64,000 nucleotides of DNA from Blepharisma stoltei ATCC 30299 (GCA_965603825.1 CBFDEM010000060.1:372001-436000); one strand, 5' to 3'. Counted from the first letter of the stretch, positions 38,988-51,273 are shown. Numbers and translations are program-made. Notes: generated by a model from the sequence alone, not told the origin.

Positions 38988-39728
38988 ATGATAAATTCTG
39001 AAAATAACTTTAATAAAATAATAATGATGAAGCGCAGTGACTGCTGTTATTGCTTGACACTGATCATATCATCAGTGATTTTCGCTTTAGGATGCTTACT
39101 TTATTTCCCAATAGAGTATGAAATTTATTATTCTTTTTTCGACCATGATTGGAAAAGTGCAAAATGTATGATAAACAGTCTCCAAAGATATCAAATCCTT
39201 ATGTCAGTTGACGATGATGGTGTAAGCTATTATACTTCTTACACTCTATTTGATGTCAGAGTCAATATTAATGGAAAGTGGCTTCAAGGTTTTGCGTGTG
39301 GATCTCCAGATGCAACTACATCATCAGCAGTAACAGTTTTAAACCAAGAATATCCGTATAAGTATTCTATCTGCCAGTCAGACAAAGAATGTGGAAATAT
39401 GCTTATGATGCCAGTCTGATTTTGTAATGAATGCAAAAATTGCCAAAAAGAGTTTAATGATGAAACCAGAAACTGTAAATGATTTTTGAAAAATGGAAAT
39501 AATGCGATAAATGATGTAGATGAGATTCCTGTTGGGTATAAACTTGACTACCCTACTCAGCATTCTACTTTTATTCAAGTCATATTTATGGATTCGCCGT
39601 ATTATTATGAAACTGACTATTTGGCACTGCAATATATCTGCTTGTATTTGATGATTTATGTTCCATCAGGGTTCATCACATTATCTCTATTTTATTTTAT
39701 AATAAATCGAATAAGAAGGAAATGTTAA
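38988..39728 (+). CDS. Two-TM Cys-rich protein, subfamily A copy 3
   Basis: Intact with TGA=Trp; 3' third nearly identical to copy 2. Confidence 0.88.
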
Positions 39729-40012
39729 TTTTAGCAAATTTATTAGCAAGCTTTAGTAATTTCTATTTGGATATAATTATAGCTATTTAAATAAATATCC
39801 TTGATATATTATTAAAGGTCAAAGACAATTATACTTCTGCCAGAGATATAATACAGATGATCTTCACGTTTTATGATCGATTATCTTGGCAAGGGCATCT
39901 TTTTATTCAATTAAGCCTAATTAACTTAAACATCTTTGTTGGAATTGTGAGCTTGCTTTCATTCTCTTGATAAAGTATGCTGGAATCTCTATTTAATATC
40001 AATAATTAAATT

Positions 40013-40711
40013 ATGCAAGGCGTTTGAAGATTTTGATTACTTGTTGGATCAGTTATGCTATCAGTAGGTCTCATCTTGTACTTACCTATTGAATTTGTGA
40101 TTTTCTATCCTTATTTTGATAAAGATTGAGACAGCACAACTTGCATGGTAAGTTCAATTCAAAGTTTTAAGGTCTTTTCATGAGAAGATGCTAACCAAGG
40201 TCTTGTTTATCACATAGATTATAGTTTATTTGACGTAAAAGTAAGCATAGACGGAGAATGGAAGCAAGGTTTCGCTTGTGGCTGCAGCGATGTTACTGAC
40301 TTGGTAACAGCATCCACAGCACTAAATGGCAAATATCCTTATCAATTTTCATTATGTCGTGATGATCGTGAATGCGGAAATATGTATATGATGCCTGCTT
40401 GATACTGCAACGAATGTACAGATTGCAATAAATATATTTCTAGAGGTGCTCAAAAATGTAAATATTATTTGAGAAATGGAAATGATGTGATTAGTCATGC
40501 CAAACAAATCCCAAGTGGGTATAAGCTAGATTATCCAACTGAGCATTCAACTTATATCCAAGTTATTTTCAGGGATTCACCGTATTATGTTAAAAGTGAC
40601 TATATAGCTATTCAAGTAGTTATCTTAGGAGTTGGTGTATGTATGCCTGCATTGATTGTGATTATAGTGCTAATTCATTACCTAATTGCTGGGTTCAAGA
40701 AGTGTCTTTAA
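40013..40711 (+). CDS. Two-TM Cys-rich protein, subfamily B copy 1
   Basis: Intact with five TGA=Trp; DWDSTTC..FACGCS..YPY..ECG..WYCNEC. Confidence 0.85.
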
Positions 40712-40727
40712 TTTCTATTTATTCTTA

Positions 40728-41300
40728 GCCGTTTTATAAACTTCATTTTTTATTCTCATTATACTCTGATTTCAGGCATAGTTCCTTAACCTTTTATCAA
40801 TGACTCTTTTTGTTTCTTTCCAATCCCTTAAACTCAATTCATTGAATTTCACACCTCAGTTCATTTTGCACTCATCCTTAAACACGCCAGCCCCAATTTC
40901 TCATTAAATTGGAATATTCCTAGAACTGTCCCTTTTTTGCTTTCTTTTTCAAGTTTTAGTCAATAGTTCAGAGTCCTTATGCCAACTGTATTTCCATGCT
41001 CATTATGCTACTGTCAATATGCAGTGTCTCATTCGCTACTCCTTTGGGAGCTCTCATCAGCCATCTAAACCATTTCCGCTGGGCTATCTCCAGATGTTCA
41101 AGCAGTTTTTAGATTCCACTGTAACTCCAGTCGCTTACATTCTGTAAAGTCCAACAGTGTTAATGCATGCCCTCAGAATCGTCATTTTCTTCTGAATTTG
41201 TAAGCTATTCAGGGATCGTTGTTTACCATAGCAGCTTTCATTTTCCTTATTCTCTCCTTCAGATGGTTAACACTTCTAACCCTCTTGTTTAACACAATCA
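40728..41300 (-). mobile_element. Decayed fragment of a second non-LTR retrotransposon family (post-RT region)
   Basis: KKMTILRACINTVGLY..RWLMRAPKGVANETLHID..LRDWKE aligns with KKAVIAKACIDTVALY..YILKGPQGIARETSMLD..LKDWKE of the 29-32 kb element; stops and frameshifts. Confidence 0.8.
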
Positions 41301-41329
41301 ATCAATTATTCAACGAGCACAGAGAGCTC

Positions 41330-41810
41330 GCAGCAAACCCTTATGGGTCTTTCTTAAGATTCACTATCTAAGGACTTCTGTTTCATTATTTTGCCGGCAT
41401 CTCCAGGTTTTAGCCTTGCGTATTCTTTGGGCTTTTTTAGTTTTTTGGTCTTTTTGAAATTTTTGGCCTTTTTGGGTATTTTGGGTTTATGGTTTTTTGG
41501 CTTTTATGGCTTTTATGGCTTTTATGGCTTTTGGCCTACTTACTTTCAACCTTTACCTACTTAATGATCTCTATCGGTGCCTGATTGATGGATCCTGTGG
41601 CTAGGATCAACTCTCCACCATCCAGAATCACACCTTCCTGTCCAGCGGGCCAGAGTCTCAGACACTCCGCTTCATCCATTTCTTCTTCAACAGCTTCATC
41701 TTCATCATCTCAAGCTTCTTCTCTCAGTTCATCCTCCATCATTTTTATTTGCAAGTCAAGAAAGTCTATTTCATCCCAAATTTCTTCATCTGAGCAAAAT
41801 TCATCAGTTT
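41330..41810 (-). pseudogene. Acidic-then-basic ORF relic attached to the LINE fragment (possible ORF1)
   Basis: DEEIWDEIDFLDLQIKMMEDELREEAWDDEDEAVEEE... then (KSH)n and PKKAKNFKKTKKLKKPK, with stops. Confidence 0.5.
41498..41532. repeat. 9-bp tandem repeat (TGGCTTTTA) x3.9
   Basis: Directly visible. Confidence 0.9.
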
Positions 41811-42095
41811 CAAAAGGAGTTTAATGATGAAACCAGAAACTGTAAATGATTTTTGAAAAATGGAAATAATGTGATAGATGATGTAGATGAGATTCCTGTT
41901 GGGTATAAACTTGATTACCCAACTCAAGATTCTACTTTTATTCAAGTCATATTTATGGATTCGCCGTATTATTATGAAACTGACTATTTGGCACTGCAAT
42001 ATATCTGCTTGTATTTGATGATTTATATTCCATCAGAGTTTATCACATTATCTCTATTTTATTTTATAGTAAATCGAATAAGAAGGAAATGCTAA
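41811..42095 (+). pseudogene. Subfamily A copy 4, 3' part only
   Basis: Begins abruptly at CAAAAGGAGTTTAATGATG, then near-identical to copies 2 and 3. Confidence 0.88.
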
Positions 42096-42731
42096 TATTA
42101 GTAAATCTATTAGCAAGCTTTAGTAATTTCTATTTGGATATAATTATAGCTGTTTAAAGAAATATACTTGTTATAGAACCAAAGGCACATTTAATATCAA
42201 AACTCTAAGTAAATTATAAGTTAATTACTAATATTTAAAAATCAGTCAATTTATTATTCTTTTATAAAACTGATACATGGTGAAGATAATTCAGAATCCT
42301 GCTAAATATTTTTTTTTATCATTATATATTTAGTGTCAGACTGAATATTGAGAAGAATAATAGAAATTTCAATTTGCAAATAATATTTAGTTATAAACAA
42401 TTAATATCTTTCAATATTCTGGCACATTTCTAATTTTCAATCACAATCATTGAGGGATATTGGCTAGTTTTTTTGAAGTTTAAGCAGAATTATGGAAGAC
42501 AGAATTTTATTTAAATATCAAAGACAATTAAGCTTCTGCCAGAGATATAATATAGATGAGCTTCACGTTTTATGATCGATTATCTTGGCAAGGACATCTT
42601 TTTATGGAAGCCTAATTAACTTAAATATCTCTGTTGGAGTTGTGGGCTTGCTTTCATCCTCTCTGCCAATAGGCTATTATGCAGCTTGATAAAATATGTT
42701 GGAATCTCTATTTAAGATCAATAATTAAATT

Positions 42732-42965
42732 ATGCTCAGCTTTTGGAGCAAAGTAGTACTTGTTGCATCAACTATAGCTTAGGCTGCTTACTTTACTTTC
42801 CTATCCAGTACTCAATTTATTCTCCTTATTTAGATCAAAAATGAAAAAGTTCAAAAATGAAAAAGTTCAAAAATTATGGTCAATTCAATCAGAAGATATC
42901 ACTTACAGCTAATACAAGACGAAGATGGTGGAAAACTTCTATCTCCTATAACTTGTTCGATGTTA
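42732..42965 (+). pseudogene. Array member, 5' fragment with frameshifts and a 16-bp tandem duplication
   Basis: GCLLYFPIQYSIYSPYLDQKWKS..MVNSIRRY..LFDV; TCAAAAATGAAAAAGT x2 at 42835-42866. Confidence 0.8.
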
Positions 42966-43379
42966 ATAAAATTTTGAAAAGCTTCATATAATGATATTTG
43001 AATATATTGATAAATCATTAAAGAGAGTTTATTTGAATTTGACGACTTGCTAGTTCTTTGAGACAAAATAGCAAGGATAAGGTAATTGTGAAGGATTTTT
43101 TAATTGAAATTCGCATCGAGATTGGTGAAAATCTTATTCGCAATCTTTAAGTAGTTAGCTAAAAATAAATAGCAAGAAGTACATCAATTGAACTTTTTTG
43201 CCTCTGATTTTAGATATTGAACCTGCATATAAAATATTTGTTTTATCCCTAATTAAAGATAATCTCTTTGATAAAATTCGTATATGACTATTTTTTAATT
43301 AACTAAAGTTTATATAAATAGACTATTATTCAGCTTGATAAAATATGTTGGAATATCTATTTAAGATCAATAATTATTT

Positions 43380-44072
43380 ATGTCAGGCGGTTGCAGTTGT
43401 ATATTACTTATAGCATCAGTTGCTCTGTTAGTAGGTCTCATCTTTTACTTACCTATTGAATTTGCTATTTACTATCCTTATTTTGACAAAGATTGAGAAA
43501 GCACAACTTGCATGGTAAGCTCAATTCAAAGATTCCATGTCTATTCACGATTAGATGTTGGCGAAGATGCTTCTTACTACTTAGATTATAGCCTGTTTGA
43601 CGTAAAAGTAAACATAGACGGAGAATGGAAGCAAGGTTTCGCTTGTGGCTGCAGCGATGCAACAACGTGATCAGGAACCCAAGCACTAAATGGCAAATAT
43701 CCTTATCAATATTCATTATGTCGTGATGATCGTGAATGCGGAAATATGTATTTGATGCCTGCTTGATACTGCAACGAATGTACAGAATGCGATATATATA
43801 TTTCTAGCGGTGTTCAAAAATGTAAGTATTTATTGAAAAATGGAAATGATGTGATTAGTCATGCCAAACAAATCCCAAGTGGATATAAGCTAGATTATCC
43901 AACTGAGCATTCAACTTATATCCAAGTAATTTTCATGGATTCACCGTATTATGTTAAAACTGACTATTTGGGCTTTCAAATAGTGGTCTTAGGAATGATG
44001 GTATGTTTTCCTGCATTAATTTTGATTTTAGCGCTACTTTGCTATCTACTTGAAGTGATCAAGGATTGCTAA
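43380..44072 (+). CDS. Two-TM Cys-rich protein, subfamily B copy 2
   Basis: Intact with TGA=Trp. Confidence 0.87.
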
Positions 44073-44424
44073 TAATTAGCTAAATACCTTTAGTTTCTAT
44101 TTATTCTTAAAAACTTTAATTTGCTTGTCTGGGCTATGAAACATTAAATTTTCCTATTTATTCTCAATTAAAGAGCTTTATATGCAACAGAAAAAGCGTT
44201 AAACTATTCTTCATATGCTATTTTAAAGTACTTTCAAATTCTTATATTTATTATAAATATAAAAATAATAAAATTACCTGGACTAAAAAAAGGTATCTCT
44301 AAATTTCTAATTATTAATGTTTTTACTATTATTAGTTAAATTAAGTGTCTAAGATGCAAGATTAGGGAACTATCGATTTCTGACATTAGCTATAGATGGC
44401 ATGTACTCGAATAATAATTAAATT

Positions 44425-45120
44425 ATGTCAGACTGTTGCAGTTGTACATTACTTATAGGATCAATTACTCTATTAGTAGGTCTCATCTTTTACTTACCTA
44501 TTGAATTTGCTATTTACTATCCTTATTTTGACAAAGATTGAGAAAGCACAACTTGCATGGTAAGCTCAATTCAAAGATTCCATGTCTATTCATGAGAAGA
44601 TACTGACGAAGATGCTTCTTACTACTTAGATTATAGTTTATTTGACGTAAAAGTAAGCATAGACGGAGAATGGAAGCAAGGTTTCGCTTGTGGCTGCAGC
44701 GATGCAACTATGTTATCAGGAACCGCAGCACTAAATGGCCAATATCCTTATCAATATTCATTATGTCGTGATGATCGTGAATGCGGAAATATGTATTTGA
44801 TGCCTGCTTGATACTGCAATGAATGTAAAAATTGCACTAAATATATTTCTAGAGGTGCTCAAAAATGTAAGTATTTATTGAAAAATGGAAATGATGTGAT
44901 TAGTCATGCCAAACAAATCCCAAGTGGGTATAAGCTAGATTATCCAACTGAGCATTCAACTTATATCCAAGTAATTTTCATGGATTCACCGTTTTATTAT
45001 AAAAGTGACTATATAGGCTTTCAAGTAGTTGTCTTAGGAATTATGGTATTGCTTCCTTCATTAATTGTGATTTTAGTGCTACTTTATTATCTAATTGTTG
45101 GGATCAAGAAGTGCCTTTAA
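44425..45120 (+). CDS. Two-TM Cys-rich protein, subfamily B copy 3
   Basis: Intact with TGA=Trp. Confidence 0.87.
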
Positions 45121-45362
45121 TTAGCAAAATACTTTTAGTTTCTATTTATTCTTAAAAACTTTAATAAATTTGGGCATTTGCTTATCTAAGATATGAAACA
45201 TTAAATTTTCCTATTATTTCTTAATTAAAGAGTTTTATATGCAACAGACAAAAGCATTAAACTATTCTTCATATCCCATTTTAAAGTACTTTCAAATTCT
45301 TATGCTTATTATAAATATAAAAAATAATAAAATTGCCTGTTGCAGCTAACACGCGACACCCT

Positions 45363-45587
45363 GAGGTTGATGATGCCAAAAAAATTCCAGTAGGATATAC
45401 ACTTGACTACCATACTGAGCACTCAACTTTTATTCAAGTAATTTTTATGGATTCTCCTTTTTATTATGAAAGTGATTATTTAGTACTACAGATAATTTGC
45501 TTCTGAATGATGATTATTGCCCCTTCCGCATATATAGGTTTATATGTTATATTTTTTTGTGTTATTAATATTTTAAATAACTGTTAA
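45363..45587 (+). pseudogene. Array member, 3' fragment
   Basis: EVDDAKKIPVGYTLDYHTEHSTFIQVIFMDSPFYY..TM..NNC*; no 5' part. Confidence 0.82.
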
Positions 45588-45834
45588 ATAAAATATTAAA
45601 TTTTAAAAATCATTTTTTATAAATAAAAATATTCATCACTCTTTCCAAATAAGTTTAAAAATTTATAGTCTGAATGCTTAAATAGTTTATTCAAATATTT
45701 TAATACATGATATCGTCCCTTGTGCCTTTTTGGTCACAGGCACAATAAATTTGTCGATTAGATCATAAGTTTATTTAAGTAAAACTAATAAGGAGTAAAG
45801 CCATTATTTAAAAATATTAATTTATATAATTCAA

Positions 45835-47520
45835 TTAGTTTAGTCGCTTAAACCATCTTAGCTTTTTCTTCTTTAAATCGAAATTAACCAAATCATTATT
45901 GACCAATATAAAATAAAAATGATTTCTGAATCCAACCACATAAGACTGAATATCTGAATCTAAAATATTATTTTCTCCTATGCATTTCCATGTCATAAAA
46001 TTGTTCATTTCGCTTTCATAAATTTTCCCTTTTATTTCAATAATGTAAATTCTATTATTTTCAGTAAAAAGAACCTTATTTTTGTCAATTTCTAAATTCA
46101 GATTTGAGATTACCAAATAATTATCTTCATTAATATCAAAAGAAACAAGCTTATCAAGATACTTTCCAGCTACTAGAATATGGTCTTTATATGCGATAAG
46201 TGATGAGTTTCTGAAGTCACCTTTAGGTAGAGGAGGACAAGCTTCCCAAATATTTTCTTCTAAATTAAATTTATTTGATACTTCTGGGTCGCCCCCAAGT
46301 GCATAAATATATTTTTTAAAGTAAGCTAGCCCAATTAGATGAGTCTGAGATCCTGGCGACATCAAAGTAATATTTTTGTCGCTATCTACGATAAAAGTTT
46401 TTCCAGTAATTTCTCTATTGTTAAGCTTTCCGCCGTAAAAAAATATTCCTTTGTTTTCAGGAATTAAAGTGGATCCATAAAAGCTGAGATTGCTTATTAG
46501 ATCAAAGCATTTTGACGTAGATTTCAATGTTTCAAGATTCCAAGTCACAATTTCATTGGAATTCCATTTCATAAAGACAATCTCGTTTATTGCTTCATAA
46601 TCTTTTTCAAAAGGGTTAGTTATTTCGCTACTTATCAATTGATTTTCTATTAACTCTTGGTACAAAATTGAGTCTTTTGGAATTTTTATGTTAAGTTCTA
46701 AAGCTTTTCTTTTCATTATGTTTAATGTAAGAATTTCTTGAATATTTGGCCTGCTTTTGTGGTTTTTCATAAGACACAGTTTTATGATTCACAGCAGATC
46801 TTCGGAATATTCATTATCTGTAGCTATGAAATCATACTCTGTCACTGCTCTATGAATTTCTGCTAAATCATCTGCCTTGAACGGAAATTTAAGCTCGCAC
46901 ATTTCATATAAAATTACTCCTAAAGCCCATATATCATTAGTTTTTTTATGGCGATATTCATACTGCTCTGGAGCAAAATAGCTCAATTCGTTGACATTTG
47001 GAATTTTTCCTTCTTCAGCTGGGGGAAACCAATTGTGAATCCCATAATCGGCAAGCTTTACTCTATCATCATGATGTACAAATACAACATCTGGGTTCAA
47101 ATCATGATGCTCAATGTCATTTGTATGCAAGTATTCAATCCCCAAGCAGATTTGAATTAAATAATTCCAAATTAGAGATTCTTCAAGTGGCTGAAATCTT
47201 ACATTTATTAATTCTCTTAACGGTCTTCCATTGGAAAAATCTCTTATTAAATAAAGTTTAGAGCGATGAATAAATGTATCTGTAATATTTACTAAATATG
47301 GGCAACTTAATTTGGATAATTTTTTGGCTTCTTTTTCTGCACCTAAAATTTCAAGTCTTTTAAGCTTTATTTCTTGCATTGCATATATGTTGTCATCAGC
47401 TGTGTAAAAAATACTTTTATTTCTGACTTTATAAATCATCCCATACCTTCAAAAAATAATTTTTTCAATAACCTCATAGTTATTGATTGATGCTTGTGTT
47501 ACGGATATGCACTTTCCCAT
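45835..47520 (-). CDS. NEK-like pseudokinase fused to a Kelch-type beta-propeller
   Basis: MGKCIS start; kinase subdomains YAMQEI, QICLGIEYLH, HHDLNPDV, LADYG, YFAPE, DIWALGV; Kelch IFFYGG, IYALGG, WEACPPLP, ILVAG. Confidence 0.88.
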
Positions 47521-50001
47521 GAATAAATAATTATTAAAGGCAATTTTCAATCATACGATGTGCTTGAATTAATGGAGTTTTTTATCGGTTCAAATTGCGA
47601 AAAGGATTTGGCAGTTTATCCGATATTATTGCTAATAAAAGCTTTATGATTTATTTAAAAGATGAAATAGAAGAGTTCAAGTTTGAGAAAATAAAATAAT
47701 CGCTTCGGACTTATTTATAAATAAATATAAGGCCTTGGAAAATTTTAAAAAAAAAACTGAAAACAAAATTAATTAGAAAAAAATTTGAAAATAACCAAAT
47801 TTAAACAGTTTTTATACTTAAAAACTGAATTTGTTTGTCAGAAGCCTTGAACTTATATATAAACCATTGTTTGATCGTTTGGAGAAATTTTCGTTTTATC
47901 TGCTTCTGATAAAAATATGGTATTTGAAAATTTGCTATTTTTTGAAAATTCAACAGCTTAATAAGCTGTGTTTGGAATTCAATCCCTTTGAAATTCATAT
48001 TTAATAGAAATTTCAGGTAAAAATTTATTAAAGCAAATTGGTAGATTTAAATTTTTAAAGGAATTTTCTCTTTTTTAAATGTTTGTCTAAAACAAATGAA
48101 TTCGAGGATATCTTATTAGAATTTCGATCAAATAATTGAAAAACAAGCTTATAGTTCCTGCTCAGTGATGAATTTATATGTAGTTAAAGAATGCAAAGTG
48201 ATATCAAGAAAGCTACTTTACCGATTCATATAGAATTAAAAGTAGAACAAAATAAAGTTTAATAGAGGCTAAAGGATATTTTTTTGCAGGAATTGATAGA
48301 GAAAAAGAGTGAGCACAGAAGAGCTGCCTTACACTATGCTAGAGGATTTGAAAACCTTTGAGAATATTGATTTAAATAGCCCTTTTAGTGATTTTGGAAT
48401 TGATGAAAACTTAGATCATGAAATTGATATTTTTTTCATACTAAAATAGCTCAATTAAGTAGACCCAAACAAAAAGAGCACAGAAAATAAGTTGAATTTA
48501 TGATTTATTATATCGAAAGTTAGGCAATTTTATTTTAGTGAAAAATAAAAATTGTTAATGAATTTGTTGATTGTGAAATAATTCTGATTATTTGTCCAAT
48601 CCTGAGCATTTATTTCATAAAAGCTATACAAAGCATGAGAATATTTTTAAATTAAAGCAAATAATCCAGCCCGAATTAAATAAAATTTGCATCAATATCA
48701 ATTTATCATTCAAGGATTCAAAGTATTTAGCAAAGAATAAAATCCCTCAAAAATTTATGATTTATAACATTCAAATGCATTAAAGTGTATACCAAGCAGA
48801 CTTGATAGTTTTCCCTCCAGTATTTATGGCATAACAAGCTAAAAATCATTTTTTCGAGGCTTAAGAAAAAATTCTGATAAGCTATTTTCAGTTACATTTT
48901 AAAAAAATATGCATAAGAGAGGATTAATATTTCAAAGAATAAAATCTATATGATTTCTTTGAGCTATTTAATGTATTCCTGACACAAACTTATTTCAGGC
49001 AAATAGAATCAATAGATTACAGCTTTTAACAAAAGGTTTTTGAAAATTTTCTAGAATCTTATTTGAATCTCATCAAATTATTTATCCCAAAAATATTTTA
49101 GGCTGTGAAAATGACGATTTCGATAGGAAATTATACTCATTTAAAGCTTCGTTAATTTTTTAAGCGAAACTCCCAAATTGTTCATAATTGAAAAAATCCA
49201 GATAATATATTAACTTCTTTTTATAAGATCATATATTATCTGCTTTAAGGAGATGTAAAAACTCAATTCCTTCCCAAAAAACCAAAAAGAAATCACCAAA
49301 TAAAAACATAAAAGTCACTCATATATAAATTATGTGAACATTTTAAATAAGATTGAAACTTTTAGATGAAAAATATCTTTCTCCTCATGAATTTTTTCTG
49401 CGATTGGTATAAAGGCTTACATGCTTCTAATCTAGCATATTTTTATATGAAGAAAAATTTTTCATAATAAAAATAAATGAAGACAAGCGATTTAACTCAT
49501 CATAGAATTGCTGAAAATATTTACATTATTAAAATCTCCTATAACAGCAAACAGCTAGTCAAATAAAACTTCAAGATAAAAGCGAGCGAATGCTAAAAAA
49601 GTTTCAAGTAAAATTAAATACTGATCTAGCCCATTTTTCTGTCAAGGATATCGGTTTCAAGACGCTTAACGAAATTCAAAATTAGTCTAAAAGGTAAAAC
49701 TTTTTACGCAGCTATTTCATTGAAATTATGGTAAATTTATATTTTTAAATCAAATGGCTATTAGTTCAGTGCCATTTCAAAACTAAAGCCTTCTCTTGGA
49801 GAATTTTTCAAATTTTTCTATCAATGAGTTTTTTCATCATTCTTTAGATTTACTTTTATCTCTTAAAATTCACAAATAAAATTAAGTTTATCTCTATAAA
49901 ACCTTTATAAATCTCAGATTTCTATTGGTCTTTTTTATTGCATTCTCGAATAGTCTGACAGCTCTGCAATATGGTTATAATTTACAAAATCAGAGCTGAA
50001 T

Positions 50002-51273
50002 ATGAACAACTGGTTAAGCGTTTTTATGATTCTTTTCTTTACATATGCCAGAGAAACAGAATTAATCTCCATAGGGAGTTCTCTATCAATCATACAAGAA
50101 AGTGACTGAAAATTTTTCCAAGTCCAAGGTCTGAATACTTCGTCTCTATTTTTGTCAGTAACAGTTGCGTTTGATCAGCCTCAGAACGCAGCACTTGCAG
50201 CGAGAAGCGGCTCCGTTCCGACGATATGGAATGGAAAAATTCAAGCTAATTATGTCGATTATGACAGCTGGTATTTGGGCTCTTCAATTCATAATTTAAT
50301 AATCCATCCTGAGAAATATAACGAGACTGCATTATACATAGGCATTTATTCTCCAACAGGAGCTTCCTCGTACACTTTAAGCACTTCTCAGTCTGCCGAG
50401 CATCCTTGTCCGAATGACTGCTCAGGGCAAGGAACTTGCAACTTTGGAAAATGCTATTGCAAGGGTAACTTTATAGGAAAAGACTGCAGTTTTAAATCAA
50501 CGCGACTTTTTACTAATAAGTCTGTTTTTATAACCTTAAAACCTAAGCAGCGAAAATTTGTGACGTTCTACCATGATGAAACAGATGTAGAAATCGAATT
50601 CAAGTCTTTTGACACCAACATCACAATTTATACGATGCCTTCACATGGTTTTGACACTTTATTGCCTTCAGCTTATGAATACAAAAGCAAAATATCTGGA
50701 TTCCATGCCTTTTATACGGTGGACTCAGGCAGCAATTGATACTTTGGCTTGAATAACGAAAATTTGAAGTCAACTAATGTGATAGTCACAGTAAAACTGA
50801 AGGAATTTCAAGTTTATGACATAATGATGATAATCTACTGTTTGGCCGGAGCTGTAGCAGTGATAATTACAGCAATTGTTGCTTGCATTATTTGGAATCC
50901 AAGGATTTTCCCTGGAGATTACCCAGAGTGGTCGTTAGACTTGAAGTTGATAAACAAAAACTTCCCAAAGAAACTTTATAGCGAAACCCATTCCACCTTC
51001 GAAATTTTTACTTGTCCAATATGTTTGGTGAATTTTTCTCCAAACGATTACGTTAGAGAACTTCACTGCGGGCATATTTATCATGACAATTGTATTGATC
51101 TGTGATTCAAAGATAACACTTATTGCTGCTTATGCAAGAAAGATTGTAAACACATTGAAAAAGCTGTAATTTCAAATACCCAAAGCTCCTCTGGCAGTGA
51201 AGAATTGGAAGTTCAGGTAATGGTAGAGCCTCATAATGGGGGAAATCATTCTGTTGTACAAGGAGGAATATAA
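50002..51273 (+). CDS. Type I membrane EGF-like + RING-H2 ubiquitin ligase, paralog 1
   Basis: Signal peptide, CPNDCSGQGTC..C.C...FIGKDCS, TM, CPIC..CGHIYHDNCIDLW..CCLC. Confidence 0.9.

Noticed and set aside
37099-44707. Repeated minus-strand ORFs in the array (MQCQIVSF.., HRCSHKRN..)
   Set aside because: Antisense copies of the duplicated plus-strand genes
45720-45745. 8-bp inverted repeat TTGTGCCT/AGGCACAA
   Set aside because: Short enough to arise by chance in 64 kb
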